This document shows, one piece after another, positions 54,428 to 64,000 of a DNA stretch of 64,000 nucleotides (the first letter of the stretch is position 1; each line of letters opens with the position of its first letter). The notes under the pieces were generated by a model. The model worked only from the letters and a program-made list of their open reading frames with translations, was not told the DNA's origin and did not search any database. The translations under genes were made by a program, and so were the position numbers. This DNA is from Minutocellus sp. GHC0000111 (Eukaryota), in NCBI GenBank assembly GCA_977018835.1, contig OZ361256.1, forward strand, positions 4,588,001 to 4,652,000. Reading direction: 5' to 3'.

Positions 54428-55561
54428 CTACGTAGTATTTTCCCCTGCCATAGCATTCCAGTCCGGCAACACAAGCCTTCCACTGAAATAGCCAGTGATG
54501 ACGATCCACCCAAGACGCTTCATCCGCTGTTCTTTATTCAGCTTTGGATTGAGAATCGCCTCCTCGAGAATGGTCAGCAAGAATAGAAGCCATGCATAGG
54601 CCAATGCCTTGCCAATCGTCTGATCCAATAGCACGAAAGAGCTCTGAAACACGCCCCAGATAATATCATCTGTCGCACTATCTCGCTTCCCTTTGATAAT
54701 GGACTTGGTTCGTTTCACCGCACTTTGTGCCTTTGCTGTTTTGTAGCCCTTTGGCTTTGGTGTTTTTTTCTTTTCGGGCTGCGATTTTGTGGTCGAAGGA
54801 GCAGGTGAAGGTGTTACGACTTCGCTTTTGGTCTCGTCTTTCTTCTTACCGAATCCAAATCTTTTCCGTAGATTCTTCTTCTCCTCTTTTCTTGATGCGC
54901 TATCCAACAATCCATCTTGGACCTGAGTTTGTGATGAAGATATTGCCTGCTGATTCACTTCGCTCTCCGATGACCCATCTTGATCTCCTTTTGCGTCATC
55001 TTCGGCGTTGCCATCATGGCTGCTGGTATCATCGTTGTCGCCAACCGACGAAGGCGACGAGCCAAACATCCAACCCTTTACCCACCTGGTCATACTGCCG
55101 CCTCTCGCCTTTTCAGCCGCCCTCCTTTCCGCCTCGAGCCTTGCCTCTTCTTCCTTTTGCCTTCGAAGCAATATCGAGTCCTTTACGGCAGCTCCAATAC
55201 CGACAATGGCATGGGCTTGGATCAGCCGAGGATATCTCCCAAATAAACCAGAAATCACAGCCGAGGAGTGGAACAAACTGACCAGATATGCGTACATCTT
55301 GCGCTTCACATCTTTCTTGATGTCGTCTGCGCTGATCGTTCGATAAGTCTTTATGGCCGCTGGTAGTGAAGATATGCCCACCGCATTGAGCTTCTTGTTA
55401 ACTTTATTTGCAAAGGGATATGAGAGGAGGAAGAGCAGTACGCTCGATATCTTACTGTCTCCGTTTGCTTTCATTGTTGTTGGCATGTTGATGTGTGAAG
55501 TTGGGAGTTGGGAAAGATCTTTGCTGGTGAGATTCCCCGCAATCGTCATAGGATCACTCAC
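54428..55561 (-). CDS. Hypothetical membrane protein
   Basis: 377-aa ORF with hydrophobic segments at both ends and a charged, low-complexity middle. Confidence 0.6.
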   Translation of the reverse strand: MSDPMTIAGNLTSKDLSQLPTSHINMPTTMKANGDSKISSVLLFLLSYPFANKVNKKLNAVGISSLPAAIKTYRTISADDIKKDVKRKMYAYLVSLFHSSAVISGLFGRYPRLIQAHAIVGIGAAVKDSILLRRQKEEEARLEAERRAAEKARGGSMTRWVKGWMFGSSPSSVGDNDDTSSHDGNAEDDAKGDQDGSSESEVNQQAISSSQTQVQDGLLDSASRKEEKKNLRKRFGFGKKKDETKSEVVTPSPAPSTTKSQPEKKKTPKPKGYKTAKAQSAVKRTKSIIKGKRDSATDDIIWGVFQSSFVLLDQTIGKALAYAWLLFLLTILEEAILNPKLNKEQRMKRLGWIVITGYFSGRLVLPDWNAMAGENTT

Positions 55562-55804
55562 TGCTCATGCGACGGCAAGACGGCAAGACGCCTCATTTTC
55601 GCATTCGCGGCGCGATCGCTCGAGATTGCATTGCTGCTACCTAGCTAGGTACACTTTCGTTTCGTCCAATTGGTTTTGCCGTCGACTGCGATACCGAGGT
55701 CACCGCTGCTCCCTACATGTGTTCCTCTCGGTTGGTGTATCTGCCTCCTGCCCCAATTAGTGGTATCGATCGTACCGGCGCACATCAACAATTCTAAAGC
55801 AACA

Positions 55805-58577
55805 ATGGACGAGTACGTTGCGATCCTTGCGGACATCCTTCGGGAGGGCGGAGGTGCTCTGAACATAATGGAACTGGGCCAAAGGTCGAGCGCAAAGAAG
55901 ACAGCTGTGGCCAAGGGAAAGCTCAAGGTGATCCTGCAGCGTTATCCCGAGAAGTTTGCACTCAAGGCAGTGCAGATCAAAAATGGTCAGTCCTTCATGG
56001 TCTATCTCGTGACGCGTCAGGATCATGCCTTCGACAACCAAGCGCTCTGGCCAATGTTCCGATCGCTTTTTACCATCCATCGCAATTACGCCGCCAGCCG
56101 AGTGTGGCCAAATTCGTTGAATCAATTCATTTCTGATTTCGAAGGGTACACTGGTCTGGGTCAAGAATTTGCAAAACACGAGGCCTACAACCCTCTGGTA
56201 GCCCAGGGCTATGTGAAGAAGTCGAATAGCAAGCTGGTCTGGAACATTGCCAAGATTCAGGATTGTATCAGTCAGATGCCGACCACGATCAAGTCACTGA
56301 AACTGGGTGCCAGTACTGATACTAGTGCCGATGCTCTTTCTGATGCCCGTGCCTCTCCGTTCCCGACCTCTGGCTCCATGCTATCTCTGTTGGATGGCAT
56401 AGGGGGGAGCAAGAGCAAGAACAAGGCTTGGAAGCTCAAAGTGCCCGGCAGTCCGTCGGAGGAAGTAAGATGCATTTATGTTGCCGATGTGGAAGCCATG
56501 GAGAGGTGCATTTTGTCCGACCTGGCACTGCAAGCTTCGGGGATGGATGATATTCAATTCGTAGCGATCGATTGCGAAGGAGTTCCCGAGTCCTTGGAAC
56601 TACTGCAAGTTGCCACCGAGCAGGGTGTCTACATTTTCGATGCAAAATTAATCGGGGAAACAACCGTTTGTGAAGCCCTTGAGCCACTGCTAACATCACG
56701 CGCTTATATCAAGCTAATGCATGACCTCCACAAGGATGCCGTTGCACTAGATAAGTTTGGATCAATCACCTTGTGCGGAACTTTGGATACTCAACTCGTC
56801 GGCGAGCAAGTCTTTGGCGAGATCTTCCTGGGGATGAACGCCTTCTTGAAGAAACTTGAGTTGCCGCAGCACCCGTCGAAGGAATTCACTCATGCACGTA
56901 TGAGGTCGGGGGTAGATCTGTTCGCGCAACGGCCGATTGCAAAGACCCTGCTGGAGTATTCCGCATGGGATGTCGGCCTACTCATCAGGGCGGTGACTCC
57001 CCTGCAAAAGATGTTGGATGGCAAGATGCTCAACGACCTAGTCCAGGCCTCTGACTCCAGAGCCGCTACAGCAATGGCCAATGGAGGGGCCAGGGCGATT
57101 GCGTTTGATCTAAATGATGACTATAGAATTGCCAGCGCCGATTTGCTTCGAGCTATCCGCCCCGATGACGGTTACTTCGGTGAGCGTCTGGTCGTTGAGA
57201 GTGAGACAGACGATGTCATTTCGCTCTTGCCGGAAAAATACCGAGATGGCTTGGAACCCTCAAAGAAGAGAGGAAGCGAATTACTCTTTGGATTCCTTCC
57301 CGTTTTGCCCAACAACTCTGAGGATGAGGATCGTTCCCTGAAGAATGAGACCGCGCAAGATGCCATATCGCTCGATAGATTGAGTGATATCGTCCTCGAC
57401 ACTGGTCGCCGTCCACAGTGTTGGGTCAACGAGGAGCGTGTTTTTCTCTGCGACGACGAATCAGAACTGGTGTCCGAGGCGGATCTCAGTCATGTCGCAA
57501 ATCGGCTTGGTAGGTTCGGCAGTGACAATCGTGCCGGGCTCAATGGCAAACTGCATCGTTTCTCCGCCATGAGAAATCGTGAAGGAGACATCGCTGGTAT
57601 CACCATCCGCATTGGTCGAAATGTGGTCGGTAACGCCGCCATGCTTATGGATCTACTCATGGGCACAGATAAATCGATATTGATCCTCGGCGAACCAGGT
57701 AAGGCACGAATTTACCGGTATTGATCTAGATACTAGGGTCTTTCCTATATTTCCTTTACTTGGAACAACTGAATTTGTTTATTTGTCGTTTCAACCTTTT
57801 TGCATTTTTATCTTCAGGCAGTGGAAAATCTACGATAATCCGTGAGGCGACGCGGAAGCTTGCGGAGTCCACGAACGTGATCGTGGTCGATACATCTAAT
57901 GAGATTGCAGGCGTGAGTTGATTCTTATAGGCATATGCATCAGTTTTTATAGAGGTGCATGCATTCTAACTTTGCTTTCTCTTTTCCCCATTTTCCCCGA
58001 TCCACAGGACGGCAACGTGCCCCATAAGTGCATTGGCCTCGCTAGGCGCATGATGGTCCCTTCACTTGACAAGCAGAGCGATGTGATGGTGGAAGCAGTC
58101 CAGAATCATACCCCGAACACGATGGTAATTGACGAGATTGGACGACCGAAGGAGGTTATGGCAGCCCGCACGGTCAAACAGAGAGGGGTTCGCATGATTG
58201 CTTCTGCCCACGGTGATCTTCGCAAGCTTCTCAAGAACAAAGACCTGCGGGGTCTCGTTGGTGGTGTGGAAGTCGTCACCATGGGCGATGTCATGGCCAA
58301 GGAGGAAGCCAAGCGAAAGGAAAAGGCGGCCGCCGATCAGAATGGAGATAAGGGAGGCGTCTCCTTTTCGGTGTCCAAGACGAAGGCCCAGCGGAGTGCC
58401 GAGCCAACTTTCGAGGTGATTATAGAGGTGCGGCGGGGTGCAAGGAATGAATGGAAGGTCACCACCGATTCGGCCAAAGCTGTCGATGCCATCCTCGATG
58501 GACTGAACTACAAAGCTCAGTTACGGACTCGCGATCCTGAGACCGGGCACATGTTTCTTGATTTGATCGAATCATGA
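55805..58577 (+). CDS. Fusion of wHTH-like N-terminus, DEDDy 3'-5' exonuclease (EXD1/Egalitarian-like) and Ycf45/SpoIIIAA-type P-loop NTPase; introns 57699-57817 and 57913-58007
   Basis: 'VAIDCEG', 'KLMHDLHKD', 'LDTQL', 'YSAWDV'; 'DIVLDTGRRP', 'DNRAGLNGKLHRFSAMRNR', spliced 'GEPGSGKSTIIRE', 'VDTSNEIAGDG', 'EAVQNHTP..IDEIG', 'ASAHG'. Confidence 0.9.
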
Positions 58578-58714
58578 GCGTCTATGTCCGTTTTCTAGGA
58601 TTTTCAATGCCAAACGAAGTAAAACAACAATAGCTAGCTAGTCTAGTTATATTGAATCGTTTGCTACTTTACAACTCAATGTGTTATGCTATCGCCCATA
58701 CTGTTTCGGGGGTC

Positions 58715-61700
58715 TCATCTTCTCAAGGACTGTCCAATGAAATCACGAGCAAAGTTACCAGAGAGCGTCGGCAACTCGGCGCTGGGGAGAGGAGCCGACT
58801 TCGATGAAGAGCCGTCATCGTTATTGCCAAACCGTGCGATAATATCTTGATTTAAACCAAAGCTATAGTCCTTGTTCTTCTTTCGTCTCTTGTTGCTAGT
58901 GCTGACAATTGAATTCAAGGTTGGTGCGCCAGACGTAGTATTGCCGACCGCACCAAATGCTTCGGACTTGGATCGGAGGTCATATTCCGGCCTCTCCGAT
59001 GACAAGCCCTCTTCGTCAGCAATTTCGACGGACTCGAGGGAGAGGAGTTCGTGCCTATCGGTGAGGGTGACGAGCCTTGATGCGCCTTCGGCGTTGTGGC
59101 TATCATTGCGCGAAACATCGTACAGTGCCTCAAGTTTGCCAGGTACTCTCCAGCATAGAGGAGACCCATCCCCGCTGGTCTTGGCGTCGCCGGTGATCTC
59201 GTCGAGAACAACCACGCTTGTAATGTTTGAAGGCTTCTCCCACAGCGCATCCGCGATTTCTTTCCTGGAAGCAATGGAAACGGCATGCAAAACATCCACC
59301 TTTTCGGGTAGATTTGCCAGATCGCCCTGTCTGGTGAGACTATACGACCACGAGCCTCCAGCATATGCTCTGTTGTTGTTGCCGAAAGGTGCTTGTAAAG
59401 CGACGCTCGTCTTGCCTTGCAACAAGAGCATGTCGGCACCGGTGCGCGTGAATTGAACATCACAAATGCTTTCAATAATCTTGACGGATGTCAACAATGC
59501 CGAATTGGTATGATCCCACAAAGAAACGTGCTCGCCGTAGCATACGGCTAAGACGGAGCCGTCGGAGGAAAATGCTAGCTGTTGGCCTGGAACAGATGGC
59601 GACTTTGGCATCGCTCGTGCAAATCCAGCTGGAGTTGTGATCTTGTAAAGGCATTTCCATAGAGGAGTTCGTGGCTCAGCAGACGACGGGTGCTCCGATT
59701 CGTAATTTCTGCCTTTGGCCCACACGCGGAATGCACCCTCTTCGTGACTGAGGGTACATGCCCTCGATCCATCTGAGGTCATGGCCAAGGAAGAAACCTC
59801 GCCGACAAGCCCGTGCGGCAAAGGCATGGCCGATATCAATTCGTAGGGCATGTCGAGACTGCCATCCTTCCTTGATCCTGCTTTGCCAGCCGCTCCCTTG
59901 GACCAAGTCCAAAATTTGATGGTGGTAAAGAGGGTCATGTTCTCCTCCGAACCAGTGCCCCCCTGTGCCCGGACTTTTCTGGCTCCGCCAGATCCTGTGT
60001 TCTCTGTCAAAATGGTATCGATAGTTATCATATCATCACCAGACTCGCTCAGACAAAGATGCGTCACCTGAGGCACCGGAACAGAAGGGTCGTCGGGACT
60101 TCTTCGCGATATACGATTGTAGGGTGCCACTTCGAGAGTTCCGACGACACGCTGTGAAGATGGATCATACCAATGGATTGATCCTGGCGCTCCAGGGAGA
60201 TTGGTTAGGATCGGGAGGCGAGTTCTAGGATCGTGAAGCAGCACTGTTCCCGGGCAGGCTGGGGGAGGGGACACCACCAGGGCTGACTTTGCCGGCTCGG
60301 CTGGTGCTTCAGCAAGTCCCTGAATTCTCCATTTGGTCGAGTAGTTGTATCCGTTGATCAATCGGAGGGAATTGTCAGTGCAATAAACGGCAATGTCAAC
60401 ATTCGATGGAACATATGGGTTGGCAACAATGTTGACAATTCCACCCTTGGCCAGGCGAGGGAGAGTATGGACGGGCCGGTTGGTGGTTGGTTCCTCGTTC
60501 CAGACTCCAAGTAGCCAAGACGGCCTCTTCGGCACCCGAGAGTAGATTCAGAGAAGGAGCAGTACTGCTGCCACCACCGGTACCACCACCACCTTGTCCC
60601 GACCCAGAGCCGACCGCCGTTGCTCCCATGAACGCCAGCGAAGCCACCGCATGGGCATGCCAGTGGACCGATCGGATGATGACGTTGGCCAGCGTTCGGT
60701 TGCCATCGGGAGACGAAACGTAGGACCGGGCCAGGTCCAAGACACGGACGTAAATGTCGATGAATCCCTCGGCGTAGCCAACGGCCACGTCGGATCCATT
60801 GGGTGCCACGCACGCCGACACGATGCGGTTGTAGTGCCGGGTCTTGGGATAGTACAAGATGCGGGATTCGGGAGTGTTGGCGGAGGCACCGGTGCCCTCT
60901 TCGGCATCGTACGTCGCCGCCAGCTTGTCGCAGTAAATGGCGAGGCCGGCCTTGGTCACGACAACGACCGACGCATCCTCGTCACCGCTACTTCCAGAAA
61001 TGGTTGCGAGCAAGTCAAAAGGAAGGGCTTGGACCTTGAATACCTTTCGGCGAGTACCACCACCGTCACCATCCATCTCCCCATCGGTATCGTCACCACC
61101 TGCAGCTTCAGCAGCCGCCGCGGCAGCAGCAGCCTTCTTCTCCTTCTTCTTGCGACGCCGGTCGACCTTGGCCTCTCCCTTGCGCTTGAGGGAGAAGGTG
61201 CCCAGCTCGACGATGGAGGAAACCGCCGTGGCTGCCGAGGCAGCAGCAGCGGCAGTGCCACCGCCAGCCTTCTTCGGGGGCGAGGGAGGGATGCCAATTC
61301 GAACAAGACGGGTGGTGACCTCATCGACCTGGACCAATGCAAAGGCCGTACCGACGAGGGCACCGACGTTCGACGCCGTAGGAGGACAGGACAGATGGGT
61401 CACCCCGTTCAGCCTCTTCTTGTGCTTCTTGCCATTGCTGTTCTGGGCAGACGGTATTGATCTCGACGTCGCTCTCGTCGGTGCCGTCATCCTCGTTGCT
61501 GGGGGCCACGGCCAGCCGGCCGACGACGCGGCCGTTCTCCATGCTCAGGACGTCGATGGTGCGGCGGCTGGGGAGGAGGAGGTACTGCCGGGCATCGGCT
61601 GCCGAGGCTGCGACGTCGTTATTGGTAGAAGTATTGGCGGCAGCGCTCGCGGTGGAAACGGGAGGGGTGATGACCGGCCGACGATGACCTCCGCCGCCTC

Positions 61701-61809
61701 TGGTGGAAGAGCCAGAGTTGCCAACATTCAAAGGCAGCGAGTCGAGGAGCGGACCGCCGATGCGGTGGGTCCGCATGCTCACCGTCGTGCTGGAGGTGGA
61801 AGACATCAT
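58715..61809 (-). CDS. WDR75: WDR75/Utp17 (NAN1) WD40 SSU processome protein; frameshifts near 61440 and 60490
   Basis: 'HWHAHAVASLAF', 'LLSGAEEAVLATWSLE', 'LPRLAKGGI', 'LAFSSDGSVLAVCY', C-terminal 'LP.LSG.F'. Confidence 0.8.
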
Positions 61810-62291
61810 GATGGTATTATTGGTAATGTCGGCGGCACGACGAGTATGTGCTGGTTTCGTTGGCGCTCTCGAGCGGCTGTACGGCATATGCGTCAAGTTA
61901 AGGTAGGTTGGGAAGACAATGACTTCAGAGAAGAAAATGAGACGAGAGAGGAGCAAGTTTGATATTGCTGCTGCTGCTCCCTCCACAATCACTTCGACTT
62001 GCTTGGTGACTTCTGCCCTCGCTCTTGCTTGTGTGGATGGATCGGATGGATTTGCAGATTTCGCGGTTACGGTGCTTTGGGTCTGTCCGTCACCATAAGT
62101 CTATGTCTGTCCGTCGATCGCACACATGATGTGTTATCTCACAAGTCAAGATACGGACATACCGCGACCCACTGCTCTGGAAAGGAAGAGAAAAAGTAGA
62201 CCAACACTACCGCCAGTCATCATCATCTGCGTGCCTGCTGCTGTCTGGCTCTATATTTACTTCCCGACCGATAATCAATCAATCCAAAACC

Positions 62292-63428
62292 ATGAACGAA
62301 ACCTACTACTCGACCCTCCCCCCCTCCATCCGAACCAAGTTGGAGGCCGGGGCCTTTGCCTCCCTGCGCACGCACCTGCAGGACCGGTCCGATGCCGTCC
62401 AGAACATCGACTTGATGACATTGAGTGGATTCTGCCGCAACTGCCTGGCCAAGTGGCTCGTGGTCGAGGCGCGCAAATTGTCGGCCGACCTCGAGATGGC
62501 ATCGGATCCATCTGCAAATTATGCCCAGCTCATACAGGCCCTGGATGCACTGGGATACGACGAGACGGCCGAGCACGTGTACGGATGTGCGTATGGAGAA
62601 TGGAAGAAGCGTCATGCCAAGAAGGCCACCGACGAGCAGATGGACAGGTACAACGCCAGCAAACCGTTGCATGCCGCCCATGATAAGGAACTGTTGGCCG
62701 TCAAGGCCGAGAAGCCGACAGGTGATGAGGCTGTAGCATTAGCAGCAGCATCCAGTTCTCAACCGACAGGGGTGGCATCGCCAGCGCCTGATAACAATGC
62801 GAAGAATCCGCTGTTGTCGGATGTGTGCTGCGAAGACGTGGAAGGTGCAGCGGCTTCAGCGGCCGTGTGCCTTCCGACAGCCTCCGCCAAGCCGGCGACC
62901 GCAGTACCCCCACCGTCGGGCGACTTGTCGATCAACATTGGCATCCTCACCGTAAGCGATCGAGCGGCGGCTGGACAGTACGCGACTGGCGATCTGTCCG
63001 GCCCGGCCGTGGAGCAAAGTGTGGAATCACTTGTTGCTAACTTGAACAGTGGTGGTGGGAACATTTCGTACAATGTGTTGGACAAAGATATTGTCCCAGA
63101 CGATATGGAAGCCATTGCGACAAAATTGAAGGAATGGGCATCGTGCGATCTCATCTTTACCACCGGTGGGACGGGACTTAGTCCGCGAGATGTGACACCG
63201 GAAGCTACTCGGTCGGTGCTGGACAAGGAGAGCCATGGGCTGATGGCGTATGTAAGCTCGGAGTGCTCGGAGGGTCAGCCCTTGGCGGCCCTGTCCCGGG
63301 GTACGGCTGGAATGCGCGGCAACACGCTCATTGTCAACCTACCTGGCAGTCCGGCAGGTGTTCGACAAACGATGAATGTTCTGTTTCCCTTGCTGTTGCA
63401 TGCAGTGAGGGATATCAAGACGGCTTAG
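62292..63428 (+). CDS. DUF1244 fused to molybdopterin adenylyltransferase (MogA/Cnx1G/gephyrin-G)
   Basis: 'LEAGAF..HLQDRSDAVQNIDLMTLSGFCRNCLAKW..VYGCAYGEWK' (DUF1244); 'ILTVSDR..DLSGP..VPDD..TTGGTGLSPRDVTPEAT..LSRG..NLPGSP' (MogA). Confidence 0.92.
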   Translation: MNETYYSTLPPSIRTKLEAGAFASLRTHLQDRSDAVQNIDLMTLSGFCRNCLAKWLVVEARKLSADLEMASDPSANYAQLIQALDALGYDETAEHVYGCAYGEWKKRHAKKATDEQMDRYNASKPLHAAHDKELLAVKAEKPTGDEAVALAAASSSQPTGVASPAPDNNAKNPLLSDVCCEDVEGAAASAAVCLPTASAKPATAVPPPSGDLSINIGILTVSDRAAAGQYATGDLSGPAVEQSVESLVANLNSGGGNISYNVLDKDIVPDDMEAIATKLKEWASCDLIFTTGGTGLSPRDVTPEATRSVLDKESHGLMAYVSSECSEGQPLAALSRGTAGMRGNTLIVNLPGSPAGVRQTMNVLFPLLLHAVRDIKTA

Positions 63429-63565
63429 GTTCGAATGAATCAGTTAGCGCATAGTACATATACAGCACATTACAGAAGAATAAGAATAAGTTGACTTCAT
63501 ACATATGAATAAATTAATGTTAACTACCGTCCCTCTTGTCCTCCAAATTACCTATCGTCACCACT

Positions 63566-64000
63566 CTACCCCGAAGCTACTTCTGCAGCAGCTAAGGCCA
63601 AATCTGACGACATTTGGAGTTGCATCATCGGCGATTTTTCGTCTTCAAATGTAATGGATCTCCGCCTCTCGGGCTCATCCGACTCTTCATTGCTTGGGTC
63701 TGCTCTCTCCATCGTGTCGAGGCTGTCCCGACTTGCCTGAGGCTCGAAGGTCGCCACTTCCGGCACCTTGCCAACATTTTCCACCACCTTGATGTACTCC
63801 CGTCCCTTCCTCGGCGTAGCACTGTTGATCCACCAGGTGCTCACCTGACCCTTGCCCTTGGCATGAACACCAGCAACTCCATTTTCTATTCGCTTCTCCA
63901 AGTCAAATTCATGGCCTTCCGCATCCGTCAACAATCGGTACGCATGTCCGAGCACTGTATCTTCATCTTGATCGATGTTGATTCCATTCTGCTTGCGAAG
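63566..64000 (-). CDS. C-terminal part of a class III adenylate/guanylate cyclase (5' end outside window; frameshift near 63943)
   Basis: 'FASRMESTSIKMKIQCSD', then 'AYRLL..KGKGQVSTWWI' in a shifted frame. Confidence 0.85.
   Translation of the reverse strand, partial: LRKQNGINIDQDEDTVLGHAYRLLTDAEGHEFDLEKRIENGVAGVHAKGKGQVSTWWINSATPRKGREYIKVVENVGKVPEVATFEPQASRDSLDTMERADPSNEESDEPERRRSITFEDEKSPMMQLQMSSDLALAAAEVASG

Overview
Gene-dense eukaryotic nuclear DNA, most likely a diatom or related stramenopile (inferred from short GT-AG introns, GC-rich coding and AT-richer flanks, a TrmH with a plastid-type 'AAAF' presequence, and diatom-type orphan families). About 27 protein-coding loci are present: a TMEM181/Wntless-like membrane protein running off the left edge (missed by the ORF track), SpoU/TrmH methylase, SERRATE/ARS2, a BiP-like Hsp70 with a cytosolic-type EEVD tail, CPBP protease, RAD5-like and second SNF2 helicases, ClpB/Hsp101, NRT2, GST, three small RVxF-like orphan genes, HEAT and F-box/LRR proteins, a bacterial-type (Tmm/mFMO-like) flavin monooxygenase with an intron, MATH-BTB-SAP, a PWI/RGG protein, myosin, WDR75 and a class III cyclase fragment. 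The most notable architectures are a wHTH-like + DEDDy 3'-5' exonuclease + Ycf45-type P-loop NTPase fusion and a DUF1244-MogA/Cnx1G fusion. Non-coding features include a hAT-type MITE (8-bp TSD), a TA-flanked MITE with 59-bp TIRs, a 201-bp insert with a 16-bp TSD, 180-200-bp diverged repeats and several short tandem duplications. Many conserved genes carry frameshifts, and one carries an in-frame stop; this is either assembly error or a decaying haplotype. Family assignments come from motif recognition only; no searches were run.
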